From the NCBI GenBank assembly GCA_963817895.1, contig CAWFQB010000010.1, forward strand, positions 1 to 64,000: DNA of 64,000 bases. The letters run 5' to 3'. Numbering within the stretch: the stretch's first letter is position 1; each line of letters begins with the position of its first letter. Below are positions 51,770 to 62,661 of this stretch, in pieces. The notes beneath the pieces were generated by a model. That model did not search any database. It saw nothing but the letters and a program-made list of their open reading frames with translations, and had not been told where the DNA came from. A program made the translations under genes and the position numbers. The stretch comes from an uncultured Chthonomonadaceae bacterium. GTDB lineage: Bacteria; Armatimonadota; Chthonomonadetes; Chthonomonadales; Chthonomonadaceae.

Positions 51770-52339
51770 ATGACAAAATCAGAGACTAAGCCGAAAATTC
51801 GGTCAACAACCATTGTGGCGGTGAAGCGGGAGAATCAGGTGGCGCTTGCGGGGGATGGGCAGGTGACGCTGGAAAATACCGTGATGAAGCACAACGCGCG
51901 CAAAGTGCGCCGCCTGTACCAGAACCGCGTAATTGCCGGGTTCGCGGGCAGCGTGGCGGACGCGCAATCGCTGGCGGACAAGTTCGAGAGCAAACTGGAA
52001 TCGTCGAGCGGCAACCTGACGCGGGCAGCCATAGAATTTGCCAAAGAATGGCGCACGGATCGCATTCTGCGCAAACTGGAAGCCATGATGATCGTCACGG
52101 ACGGCGAACGCATCTACATTCTGGCCGGAGATGGCAACGTGGTGGAACCGGATGATGGCGTGGCGGCTATCGGGTCGGGCGGCATGTTCGCCGCGTCTGC
52201 CGCCAAAGCGCTGGTCAAGAACACCGAAATGAGCGCGCGCGACATTGCTCTGGAAGCCATGCGTATCGCTTCGGAAATTTGCATCTACACCAACGACAAA
52301 GTGACAGTGGATGTGTTGCCGGAAGGAGTTGATAGTTGA
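51770..52339 (+). CDS. hslV: ATP-dependent protease subunit HslV
   Basis: [35 protein letters not shown]. Confidence 0.96.
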   Translation: MTKSETKPKIRSTTIVAVKRENQVALAGDGQVTLENTVMKHNARKVRRLYQNRVIAGFAGSVADAQSLADKFESKLESSSGNLTRAAIEFAKEWRTDRILRKLEAMMIVTDGERIYILAGDGNVVEPDDGVAAIGSGGMFAASAAKALVKNTEMSARDIALEAMRIASEICIYTNDKVTVDVLPEGVDS

Positions 52340-52436
52340 TAGTTGAGAGTTGAGAGTCAAATGCGCTGAACGTCAAGTTCAACAGGATTGACAGCCAACC
52401 GACCTTTACTATCAACTATCAACTGTCTACTTTCTA
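52328..52436. repeat. Heptamer repeat hairpin (GTTGATA/TATCAAC)
   Basis: gttgatagttgatagttgagagttgagagt ... actatcaactatcaactgtctac. Confidence 0.75.
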
Positions 52437-53153
52437 CTTCGTCAACGGCGAAGTCTCGACAGTGATATTCACTTTGTCGGCAGCGGCGTTGATGGCGGCG
52501 TCAGCCGCGCGCTGATGCGCCAATGCCTCCTGCTGCTGGGCGATTTCCAGTTGCTGAACCGCCTGTTGCCGCGCCGCTTCCGCCTGCAAACGCGCGGATT
52601 CAGCGTAGAAGTAGGTTGGATAGCCGGAATTTTGTACGCGCAGGGTCTGGCCTGCGTACAAATCTACCGTGCCGTGATAGCTCTGCACGTAGCGGCCATT
52701 ACACAGGTCTTCATCCTGAATGTTGATATAAGCGGCCTCCGGGCGGGTGCGATTTTCCATGTGTCCGACGCCGTTGGCGTCAAACGTTACAAAGGTGGGC
52801 TGCATGTCGTTGAGCGTGAAGCCCACAACGGATTTGAGATTCCCCTCCCCGTTGTACAGGCGCAGGCTCGGCACGTCGTCTTTGTTCAGGCGCAGTTGCG
52901 CGCGCTGCGCTCCCGCCGCGTCGAACAACTGGACGCTGGGCGCATTGGTCTTGTCCATCATGCCGATGCGGGCGCGGGTGACGCCGTTATCGTCCACAAG
53001 CATAAACTCTTTGGTGACAACCCGGTCGCTGACCGATGTTCCGACTCCGCTCCCCGGATGGCGGAGGGAAATGTCATGCAGCACCAGCCCGGACAGCGCG
53101 ACCCACATCACGGCGAAAATAGCCGCATTGTTGAGATGAAAACGATCCCTCAT
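52434..53153 (-). CDS. Exported beta-repeat hypothetical protein (paralogue-like of 22424..23032)
   Basis: TM; KEFMLVDDNGVTRA; PSVQLFDAAGAQRA. Confidence 0.7.
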   Translation of the reverse strand: MRDRFHLNNAAIFAVMWVALSGLVLHDISLRHPGSGVGTSVSDRVVTKEFMLVDDNGVTRARIGMMDKTNAPSVQLFDAAGAQRAQLRLNKDDVPSLRLYNGEGNLKSVVGFTLNDMQPTFVTFDANGVGHMENRTRPEAAYINIQDEDLCNGRYVQSYHGTVDLYAGQTLRVQNSGYPTYFYAESARLQAEAARQQAVQQLEIAQQQEALAHQRAADAAINAAADKVNITVETSPLTK

Positions 53154-53179
53154 CCTGTCAACCCCCTTGCTTGAAGAGC

Positions 53180-53290
53180 AGGTTGTTAGTTGTTAGGCAA
53201 TTAGGTTGTCAGGAAAAACTCTTCCAAGTCCCTGCCAACATAATAAACCTGACCTCCTAACACCCTAATTACCTAACAACTAACAACCTA
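53180..53290. repeat. 7/8-mer repeat hairpin (GTTGTTA/TAACAAC)
   Basis: aggttgttagttgttaggcaattaggttgtcagg ... ccctaattacctaacaactaacaacct. Confidence 0.8.
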
Positions 53291-53567
53291 CTTAGACGCT
53301 GCTGATGCGCGTCGGTAACGTATCATTCCTCACGAAACGAACGCTACTTTTGTTGGCGGACGGGCAACACATAGTTTTATCGCCTACAAGCGCCAATGTC
53401 CGCCGAAGATGCCGGAGACATAATCTCTATTCCATCATTCGCGCTGTCAATAGAGGATTCCTGCCGCCGAAAATTTCACAGCAAATATTTTTCAGACTGA
53501 TCTTTCCTTTATCATCGTCCCAAGTTTCTACTCGCTGATTTCTGAATCCATTCGCGTGTATTCGCAT

Positions 53568-54644
53568 TCATTCGCGGCTAAATTTCAAATCCTGACGGCT
53601 GGCGGATTGCGCATTGGTATCGCAGGTGGCGGTCAGGGTCACATCGCCAAGCACAGCGGCTTCCGGGTACAACGCCCAGAACACTTCGCCGTTGACATCA
53701 TCCCGTTCGCCGTTCGCGGCGGTAATCCGCCCCGGCAGCTTGACCGCGATAAACAGGGACGCGCTCGGCGTCGTATCCTCCTTATCGGCCTTGTCGTTCC
53801 CCGGTTCGGGTTGCGCGCCCATCGGCCCCGCGTTTTTGGTTTGTGAGGTCAGGCTGAACAACGAACTGTGGATGATGCTTCGCGCCATGCTCCGCCGCTG
53901 CTCGGCTGTCATTTGTGCGCCAAACTTCGCTTCGATATGTTGCTCAAGCGTGGCCCCAATTCGCTGCTGGACGCGCCGTTCCACAAGTTCCGGGCTGGAC
54001 ATCAGGGAGGACAACTGCGAAATCAGCGGATCGCCCGGCCCGAACATCACATGCCACAAATCGCGTATGGATTGGGCAGCAAGGCTGCGGGCGTTAGCTT
54101 CGGTAGCGAGGGCAGGCGGCAGCGCCTTTTTGAACGCGACGATCATGTCGGCATCCGGCGTTAAACTTTTGGGAACCGGCCCCTTCCAGTGGATGGTTTC
54201 CGTGTATTTGAAAACACCCGGCGCGGTTTTTTGCACCGTTACCTCGTTGACGGCAGTAGGCATGGGTTGCTTTTTGCCGCCCTTCACCGTAATGTCGCCG
54301 CGCAGGGTTTCGCCCGGTTCCAAGGCGCGTTCCGCGACAACTACGGCCTCGTCTTTGGTATCTTCGTGTGTTACTTTCCAGCCCGCCCCGGTCGGCAGCA
54401 CAAACGCCTCGCTGATGGTCGTACCCATCGCGCTTCCATCTTTCTCCGGCTTGCTACCGTGAAAGGTCACTTTGCGCGTCCACGAACCGTTCGGGCGCAC
54501 GGTAGTTGTCGCCACGCCCCGCGCGCAGCCGCCGAGCAGTCCGCCGACGCCTGCCGCCAACGTTATGCCTGCCAACATCCGGCCCATGCGCCGCGTCCGG
54601 TTATAGCAAATCTCATTCCGAGTTCCTGCCGCTATCCATGTCAT
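53568..54644 (-). CDS. Hypothetical lipoprotein
   Basis: GGAGG RBS; LGGC lipobox; VKLPGRITAANG. Confidence 0.75.
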   Translation of the reverse strand: MTWIAAGTRNEICYNRTRRMGRMLAGITLAAGVGGLLGGCARGVATTTVRPNGSWTRKVTFHGSKPEKDGSAMGTTISEAFVLPTGAGWKVTHEDTKDEAVVVAERALEPGETLRGDITVKGGKKQPMPTAVNEVTVQKTAPGVFKYTETIHWKGPVPKSLTPDADMIVAFKKALPPALATEANARSLAAQSIRDLWHVMFGPGDPLISQLSSLMSSPELVERRVQQRIGATLEQHIEAKFGAQMTAEQRRSMARSIIHSSLFSLTSQTKNAGPMGAQPEPGNDKADKEDTTPSASLFIAVKLPGRITAANGERDDVNGEVFWALYPEAAVLGDVTLTATCDTNAQSASRQDLKFSRE

Positions 54645-54957
54645 TTTTCATCCTCCTGAACATCAAACAGAAATCGTCACTGGTTCGCAACAGAGCTAAG
54701 GATGCTGTTGGAGCAGGATTGGCTTATTATTGCCGGTATTTATGCCTGAACACAGGTGTTGAGGGCATGTTTCTTTCGCCGCGCTGTCGGCAAGGTTCGC
54801 GCTAAGAGCGGCATTTCCCTGCTGAAAATTCCGCTAACTTTCACGTTGTTTAATGCGTCTTAACTATTGTGCGGCCTGTGTGGGTTGGCACGTAATGGCT
54901 CGCGCAATTCCGTCTGCGCCCGCTTCCATATTGTAATTTGCATGGAGGAGTTTGACG

Positions 54958-55857
54958 ATGAGACGATTTAAGAGTTTGGTTACAACCGGGGTGGCATTTG
55001 CGGCATTGTCAAGTATTGGGCTGTACGCCGAAACAGCAGCGCAGGCGCAGGACGGCGGCTATCAGGTGGGCGAAAAGACGCAGGACAAGACCATAGACGC
55101 GCCCCGTAAAGATACCGCTATGCCGGACAACGCGCGCCGAACAGAAGAAAAACGTCTGGCGCGTATCGAATATGTGAGCGGCAAGGTGACGTGGCGGGCT
55201 GATGACGCGGCGAAGTGGAACAAGGCCACCACGCATCTCGCGCTACGGGAGGGGGCGCAAATATGGGCCGAAGAGGGCGGTCGGGCGGAAGTCCGCTTTG
55301 ACGACGGCAGCCTGCTGCGTTTGGGAAACGATGCGGTCGCGACGCTGCAAACTTTTTCCAGTGACGACAAGGGCGAGTACACGCGGATCAAACTGCTTTC
55401 CGGCGTGGCGACGCTGGTTCCCAAAGTGGAATATTCCGTCTATCAGATAGACACGCCGTTCAATTCCGTTACGGCAAGCGGGCCGGGGCGAATACGTATC
55501 GGCGTCGGCAACGCCGTAGAAGTGGGCGTTCGATCCGGCAGAGCGGTTGTGGAGGGCGGCAGCGCGGGTAGGAGTACGCTGTACGCCGGAGATTTTGTTG
55601 CCACGCGGGCGGCGGATACCTCCTATACCGTCCGCAATCTGCCTTCTGAAGACAGTTGGGAACGCTGGAACAACGACCGCGACCATATTGTAAACCGCGA
55701 TCCAGTGTACGTGGGACGTCCCGCGCCGGTTTATGTGCCTGCCTATCCAGCGTATGAGCCGTCGTTCTGGTTCTCGCTGAATTTCCCTTTCGGCGGCGGC
55801 TATTACCGACCTCACTATTACGGCTATGGCCGGGGCGCTCACGGCTACCGCCGCTAA
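54958..55857 (+). CDS. Secreted FecR-domain protein
   Basis: Signal peptide; RAEVRFDDGSLLRLG; IDTP; WERWN. Confidence 0.82.
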   Translation: MRRFKSLVTTGVAFAALSSIGLYAETAAQAQDGGYQVGEKTQDKTIDAPRKDTAMPDNARRTEEKRLARIEYVSGKVTWRADDAAKWNKATTHLALREGAQIWAEEGGRAEVRFDDGSLLRLGNDAVATLQTFSSDDKGEYTRIKLLSGVATLVPKVEYSVYQIDTPFNSVTASGPGRIRIGVGNAVEVGVRSGRAVVEGGSAGRSTLYAGDFVATRAADTSYTVRNLPSEDSWERWNNDRDHIVNRDPVYVGRPAPVYVPAYPAYEPSFWFSLNFPFGGGYYRPHYYGYGRGAHGYRR

Positions 55858-55884
55858 AACATGTTGCGGCTTTAATGACCTCAT

Positions 55885-55918
55885 GAGGGCGTCCACAAGT
55901 GGACGCCCCCTCTGTTTC
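55885..55918 (+). terminator. Terminator-like hairpin
   Basis: GGGCGTCCAC-AA-GTGGACGCCC followed by TCTGTTT. Confidence 0.6.
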
Positions 55919-56049
55919 ACAAAACCTATCAAGATTGAAGTAAAAGAGCAAAGCAGAAGTACGGAACATGGAAAAGGGGCTAATCTCGAACTTTGCGTTG
56001 GGAGTGAAAGGGACAGCAAATGCTTGTTCAGTCCTTTTCACTCTCCGCC

Positions 56050-56616
56050 TCAATACGCTGCCGTTCCTGCTGCATTGCGGTACATTATCAGGCCGGACGG
56101 CTGAAAAATCTCGTTGCCCTGTTCCGCCAGTTGCAGCAGTCCGGCTTTGTCGCGCGACAGAGCCAGCCGCTCATATAGCAGGGAAGCGATCTGCCGTTCC
56201 AACTCCCGCGTAGACCAGTTCGCTTTGACACATTCCGCCTCGTAAAAGCTACGCGATTTGGCTTTCGCTTTCCGCGCAATAATGCGATAATGCGTCCAAC
56301 TCAATTCGAGACGCAGTGCTTCTCGGATTGGAAAGGCGATATAAAATACGCGCATGTGTTGCAAATTAGTGCGGTCGAAGCCCTTGCCAAACTCTTTCGT
56401 CAACCGCGTGGCAAGTTCTTCGAGCAGGTAGGTTCCATACTCAGCCTTTGTCTTTCCGCGTTGTTCTTCCTCAACAATCTCGCGCCCAATCTCCCAATAC
56501 GCGCGTACCATCTCGGCATTAACCGCCTGTAACGCCTGATGACGCCCGCGTTTGAGGATGTCACGGATACGCTGATAAACCGGATCAAAGTTGTCTGGTT
56601 TGGATAGGTTTGACAT
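56050..56616 (-). pseudogene. YhcG/DUF1016 N-terminal domain, C-terminal nuclease half missing
   Basis: YWEIGREIV, FGKGF, LSWTHY, WSTRELERQI; ends before the usual KDPY region. Confidence 0.8.
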
Positions 56617-57129
56617 GGTGCGCAGACTTTCATATAATTTACAATTGCATTATTTAACATACTGATATTACCAGTATCGAAGATTTTACACGCGCAAAAT
56701 ATGCGAACCCTACTGACACGGAATTTTAGCATCAAGTGACGATTTCGAGAAATGCCCAAAAGCAAGGATTTATTTCGTATCGGGCAATCCCTCCAACTCT
56801 ATTTGTATATTTACGCGCAAGTGCCTGTAATCGCTTATACTCTTGCGGATCATCTGCGAAACGAAAGTCATTGGTATTAACTTCAATTCCCAAAAAAGAT
56901 AGGGTGCAAAGTTGCTCGATTGTTGCCTGCATATCCCCTGTTGCAACGCCAGCGTCAGCCAAAAACTGTTCGGTTTGTGGATGAGAAACGTGTATGTCAC
57001 TTCCCATAAACTGATAAACGATATCGTCTAATGCAGAAATTTTTGGTTGCATTTCAACCTTCAAACTCTCCCATGCGTAACTCGAGTATTGAACCTCGGC
57101 AGCAAAAATATCTGCTTGTTCTACCTTAT

Positions 57130-58256
57130 GGACAAATCAGTTAAACATGGTACACTGAGGTATGAGCCAACGAACTTTTCACCTCAATGAAGCCGACGCC
57201 AACGCATTGAACGCTGCATACCTGCATTGCAAGGATGCTAACACTAAAAGCCGCTACCAAGCTGTTCGTCTGTATGGCTTGGGCTACTCTGTTGCCGAAA
57301 TCCAAGACATCTGCGGGTGTAGCCGTACTCGCCTATTCTGCTGGACACGCGCCTATCAGGAACACGGCCTCACCGCGCTCGTGGATGCCCGACGCGGCGG
57401 CAACCGGGCGCGTCTATCGGGCGAACAACTCGAAGCCTTGCAGAACCAGTTGCATCGCTACACTCCCACTCAGTTGTTGGGCAAGGAGAAATGTCAGGGG
57501 GACGGGCAGTTTTGGAGTGTCTCCGATCTTGTCACCCTCTTAGCCCGTGACTACAACGTTGTATACCAGAGCCGGACGTCCTTACGCACCCTGCTGCGTA
57601 CCTGCGAGATGAGCTACCAGCGTCCTGAGAAACAATATAAGAGCCACAACGCGACCAAGCTCATGGAATTCGAGAAACACCTGGAAAAAAAATCCTCGAT
57701 GTGGCGTTAAACGCGCCCAAGACGATCTTACTCGCGGGCGACGAAGCCAGCGCGTACCTGCAAGCCACCTTGATGCGCGTGTGGGCCAAGAAAGGCCACA
57801 CGCCGGTTGTGCCCGTAAGTGCCAGTCGGGACAACACGCACTTCTACGGAGCACTCAATATGGCAACCGGCAAGGAAACCCTGTTGCGCTCCGCCTTGAT
57901 GAACAGCGAGGTATCCGCCTTGTTCTTGCAGAAGTTGCTCGACGCCTACCCGAACTTACCTCTTCTGCTGTTATGGGATCGCGCTCCCTGGCACAAAGGC
58001 GAAGCGGTTCGCGCGGTTCTGGAAGCGAACCCGCGCTTGGAAGTCCTGTGGTTTCCACCCGGTTGCCCGGAGTTGAACCCGCAGGAACATGTCTGGAAAG
58101 CCGCCAGAAAAGCGGTCGGACACAACCATCAATGTGCGACGCTTGCCGTTTTAGCTGAAGAGTTCGAAACCTACTTGAAGACAGCAGAATTTCCTTGCTC
58201 GCTTCTGGAACAGCACAACTTTCCAGTGCTATGTACCATGTTTAACTGATTAGTCC
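57130..58256 (+). mobile_element. IS630 family insertion sequence
   Basis: 25-bp TIR GGAC(A/T)AATCAGTTAAACATGGTACA; orfA plus orfB. Confidence 0.9.
57162..58249 (+). CDS. IS630 transposase (orfA 57162-57710, orfB to 58249; -1 frameshift at A8 57685-57692)
   Basis: HTH region; GDEA, WDRAPWH, PELNPQEHVW. Confidence 0.9.
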
Positions 58257-59561
58257 ATGAGTATGTTTTCGGTTTACAGCAGTACCTATGGCTTCCTTGA
58301 CAAGGTATACTAAATCGCGGGGGCGCGGTAGTACACGCTGGAGAAGGTAATCCTTTACAGGTATGCCTGAAACATCGCTGCAAAAGTATTGTTTCCAAAC
58401 TTGCTCAGGTAGCAAACCATCTCTGGACGATACAGTAAGCCTTTCTTCTATTACTCGTAGTAGTAGTTCGTTGTCACTCCAATTGATTCTTTCAAAATCA
58501 ATTTTATCTGCCTCTCGTGCTACCTCGCGCACTTTGTAAAATATGTCTGACCTAAGAAAAAGGGCGAGGCTAAAGTTGATGCTTTTGTTGAAGGCATTCG
58601 CGGAACGCAACTCCAGCGTAATACGACCTGCAACACTCAGGAGTCCAAGGAGAAACTGAGCAACACCATTTATATCAGTGTTACTATCCCAAGCTTTGTC
58701 CAAGTTGTCAATCAACAAAGCTACCCGTGTTTTACGTACTAACACGTCACCTAAAACCTGCCGCAATTCATTAAGCAATTCATTGTGTAAAGCTTCAGAG
58801 ATTGCAATTCGATTGCGCTCCACGACAGAAAAATTTATTGTGCTTGTTGTTGCAAGCAGTTGACTGATGCAACGCTCGAGACGTACCGCGAAATCTTCCG
58901 CTAACATCCCATTGTCACGATCTAGAAGATCGAACAACCGTTGCTCATATTTGTCTTGTGGGTAAAGTGAGCGCTCACGAAGTTGAGCGCCTACTGTTCT
59001 GGCAATTTCCGAGTATAACAGAAATTTCCACAAACTTTCGACTGCATACCCTTTTGTGTCTTGCTGTGTATACTGAGATAAAAGTTTAACTAAACTTTGA
59101 ATCTCGTAGGCTACAGGCTTAATAAGACACACTACGTTGCGTTTATCACTTTGAAGTTGAGAAGCAAGTTTGATGCAATTAGCTGATTTCCCACTACCCT
59201 TTCGCCCGACAAAGATAGTGTGCGTACCTAACAAAGCATCTTGATAGGCAGAAGTCTCAACAAAGTAACTATCAAGAGTTTCCACCTCGTTCTCAGCAAA
59301 AGGATCACCAACATGCAACTTCTTGAGCTGCGTAGCCAGCCTCACTGTATCAGAGTAGATTTTGTGGGCATTCTGATCTTGCGAGGACGATTCTTCAACA
59401 GGTACAATCCACTCATTGAAATAGTTTACTAATTCATTTGCCTGATGATAGTGTTTCAGTAATTCCCTATAATCTATAGGAGAAACGTAATCACCTTCTG
59501 AAAGCATTAAGAGAGGCTTACCCATACCATAAGCTAGACCAGCAGCCAAGGCATATCCCTG

Positions 59562-61178
59562 TGTGCCACAATAGGTTGAGACAAAATCCCGTACACGAAA
59601 TAGTGTAGATCGCCAGGGCGGAGAATGGATTTCTCAGATGAATACGCCGTTGACAGACAGCCCAACCACTCGCCTCACCAACAATGGACACCACAGCGCG
59701 CCCTCCCCCGCGCTGCGCCCGGAGGCGCAGGTGCAAACGCGCCCCACGCGCCGCCGCTTTACCGCTGCGTACAAGCTGCGCATCCTTAAAGAAGCCGACG
59801 CCTGCGTCAAGCCGGGAGAGTTGGGGGCGCTGCTTCGCCGCGAAGGGCTGTACTCCTCCACGCTTGCCAACTTCCGCAAACTGCGCGAGGCGGGTCAGTT
59901 GGGCGAGAAGAACTCTGCCCAGGCGCAGAAGCAGCGCAAAGACAAAGAAGCCGCCCGCCAACGCGATGCCCGCAGGATGGCCGCTCTGGAAACCGAGAAC
60001 CAGAAACTGCGCGTTCTGCTGGAACTCCAAAAAAAAGTAGCGGCCTTGCTCGACCTGACACTGGAAGAAACGCCGCCCGAATAAGCCTGGTTGCCGAAGC
60101 GGGCGCAACGACCGGGATTGGCCGCGCCTGTGATGCGGTGCAACTGAGCCGCGCCCGCTTCTACCGGGAGCAACACGCTGGTACGGGCACAATCCAAGAA
60201 GGCGTCCTTGTTCCCAAAGCACAACGGGGTTCTCCTCGCCGCTTGTCGGAAGAGGAACGCGCCCTGTTGCTCAATCTACTCTTGTCGGAACGCTTTGTAG
60301 ACGCTTCGCCCCGGCAGGTGTATGCGCAATTGCTGCAAGAAGGCGTGTATCACGCTTCCTATCGCACGATGTATCGCCTGCTGCACGAACACCAAGCCAT
60401 CTGTGAGCGTCGGCGGGTTCGCAGGCATCCGGCGTATAGCAAACCTGAACTTAAGGCAACCGGCCCTAATCAGGTGTGGACATGGGACATCACCTACTTG
60501 AAGACGCCCATTCGGGGTCGCTTCTATTACTTATATGTGGTTATGGACATCTACAGTCGTTATGTGGTCGGCTGGATGCTCGCAGACCGGGAGTGTCAAT
60601 ACCTGGCGCACAAGCTGCTGCAAGAAACCTGTCGTAAATACAACATCGCGCCTAACCAACTCACCCTCCATGCGGATCGCGGCGGGCCGATGAAAAGCCA
60701 GTCGGTAGCGCAGCTCTTACTTTCGTTGCAGGTGACCCGTTCGCACAGCCGCCCGCGTGTCAGCAACGACAACCCGTACTCGGAAGCCGGGTTCAAAACG
60801 ATGAAGTACAGCGCCTACTTCCCGGAGCGCTTTAGCAGCCAGGAAGACGCGCAGACGTTCTGCCAGGACTACTTTGTCGGGTACAATACGTGCCACCACC
60901 ATACCGGCTTGGTGTTGCTTACGCCCGAACAGGTGCATTTCGGCGAAGCAACGCAGGTATTGGCGCAGCGGCAAGTCACGTTAGATAACGCCTATGCCGC
61001 GCATCCGCAACGCTTTCGAGAGCGTCCGCAGGCGGGGCAGTTACCCAACGTCGTCTGGATCAATGCGCCTGCGTTGCCCGTTGGCGAAGGCACAGCACCG
61101 GTTGCCGGTTGAGTGGCGAGGAATGACTGCTCGCTACATAAAAATACTTTCGCTTTTTGTCTCAAAATCCTTGACACA
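59562..61178 (+). mobile_element. IS3 family insertion sequence
   Basis: Imperfect TG...CA ends sharing TTGAGACAAAA; no clear target duplication. Confidence 0.85.
59638..61112 (+). CDS. IS3 transposase (orfA 59638-60084, orfB to 61112; -1 frameshift at A8 60029-60036)
   Basis: RRFTAAYK; WTWDITY, HADRG, DNPYSEA; -1 frame open from the A8 run. Confidence 0.9.
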
Positions 61179-61189
61179 TTCCGGGCTTG

Positions 61190-61266
61190 GGCGAAGCAGT
61201 TGAAGGCGTCGTTTAAGTCTTCGCGGGGGTGCATCGCGCTTGGCATGGGGCGAATGCGAGATTTGC
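61190..61266 (-). repeat. Degenerate direct-repeat copy of the kbl 3' region (63041-63117)
   Basis: 66/77 identity by manual alignment. Confidence 0.85.
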
Positions 61267-61357
61267 TGCGTCCCGTATGTTACAATGATAATGTAGTCCC
61301 TGATGGAGTCCCATCTTGCGGCAACTCGGTGCATGATGTCAGGGCCAGAAGGTCAAT

Positions 61358-61389
61358 TGTGAGGCGTTCCCATCTAGGAACGCCTCACA
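61358..61389. terminator. 13-bp stem hairpin downstream of the PEP-CTERM gene
   Basis: TGTGAGGCGTTCC-CATCTA-GGAACGCCTCACA. Confidence 0.6.
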
Positions 61390-61466
61390 TAATTGGTGTG
61401 GCATAGCCACACCATTTGCTTACACGAACTTCATCTTGTTCAAGATGGAAGAACATAGCTGTCACC

Positions 61467-62168
61467 CTAGACCATTGTTCTTTCGCGTAGGAAGGTGATA
61501 GCTCGATGGCGAAGTAGAAACACGAAAATACTTGTCGCAGCACTAACAAGAAGTGCAACACCATCAGCTTCTGGCACTGTCGCAGGTTCAAGCGTTACAC
61601 TGATGTCATCGAAAAAGGTCAGATGCTCCTCGTTGGGCAATGCGAACACAGAAAACTCCAACTTTGTGCTGCTTGAGGCAGCAAGTAGATGGCTAAAGAT
61701 ATACTGGCGATAGGCCGCGCCACCAGAGCCTGTAAAGGAAATTACGATTGGTGTTGGGGTTACAGGTTGGTCGCCAAATGTCACTGTCAACGGGCCGTCA
61801 AACGTTATTCCGTTTCCCGTATAGTTGAATGTGTTGTCGGTATAAAAACTCAGTTCATAAGTGCGGCCGGGAATCGTGTTCAGAGTTTGGGCAATAGCAC
61901 TGGAATCAGGAATAGCCTCCATGCTATTCAATAGGTACGCCGACTTTTGCCCTGAGTGGGCATAACCAACTGAATAGTAAGCCACGGCAATGCCACTGGT
62001 TGTTGTCCAGGCGCTGTCTCCAAAATCTGCTTGGTCTGGATAGTTGCTTGCATAATGAAAGGTGGGTACAGCTTGCTCAAATCCTGGATCAACTACGAGG
62101 TTCTGGGCTTGCACAGTAGATGCTAAAGTAAGATAGCAAAGTAAGAGGACAAAAGTGCTGTAACGCAT
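61467..62168 (-). CDS. Secreted PEP-CTERM-like protein with CBM-like domain
   Basis: Signal peptide; NLVVDPGFE, QTLNTIPGRTYELSF, DDISV; VPE, TM, basic tail. Confidence 0.8.
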   Translation of the reverse strand: MRYSTFVLLLCYLTLASTVQAQNLVVDPGFEQAVPTFHYASNYPDQADFGDSAWTTTSGIAVAYYSVGYAHSGQKSAYLLNSMEAIPDSSAIAQTLNTIPGRTYELSFYTDNTFNYTGNGITFDGPLTVTFGDQPVTPTPIVISFTGSGGAAYRQYIFSHLLAASSSTKLEFSVFALPNEEHLTFFDDISVTLEPATVPEADGVALLVSAATSIFVFLLRHRAITFLRERTMV

Positions 62169-62210
62169 CAGAATATTCTCCAAAAGTCAGCGACCCAGAA
62201 GCGAGAGAAG

Positions 62211-62300
62211 TTATAAGGTAACTTTTGCTCCTGCTCCAACAAGTATACGTACAATATCAGCATGTCCTCTGTTTAATGCGTTGGATAAAGGAGTCACGCC
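62211..62300 (-). pseudogene. Terminal ankyrin-repeat fragment
   Basis: Hand translation GVTPLSNALNRGHADIVRILVGAGAKVTL*. Confidence 0.7.
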
Positions 62301-62301
62301 T

Positions 62302-62508
62302 TTACACAAACAGCAGGCGTCCGGCACCACCGAATCGGGCTTCCCACACCGCTACACCATGAATTTTCTTAACGCGCAAGCCACTGTCGTATTGCTCCTA
62401 CTCCAATTTACGCAGAGCCTCGAAAACCTCCCCTGCTCGCGCAGAGTCGGTTGCGGCAAGATCGCAATAGGATTTTAGAAACGCACTGGAAAAGAGGAGG
62501 GTAGCCAT
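62302..62508 (-). pseudogene. RelE-like domain relic with internal TAG
   Basis: MATLLFSSAFLKSY...LE*EQYDSGLRVKKIHGVAVWEARFGGAGRLLF. Confidence 0.55.
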
Positions 62509-62581
62509 GTTTGCTGCTCAACATAAGGATGGGAAGATTTTGCAACCAATCGAACAGGGATTTTACTGTTGAAGTGCGTTC

Positions 62582-62610
62582 ATTATAAACAATCGGCGCG
62601 GTTATGTCAA
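62582..62610 (-). promoter_or_regulatory. Perfect-consensus sigma70 promoter
   Basis: TTGACA-17 nt-TATAAT. Confidence 0.8.
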
Positions 62611-62661
62611 GCCGTTCACTGTTATTTTCTTATGACGTAACTAGTTCATTGTGGTAATTCG

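Larger units (their letters stand above)
56732..59560 (-). pseudogene. Sll1717-type P-loop ATPase, split by IS630 and 5'-truncated at IS3
   Basis: GRKGSGKS, IDNLDKAW, FLRSDIF, RPRDL; removing IS630 joins NRKHTH to KVEQADIF... Confidence 0.85.
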
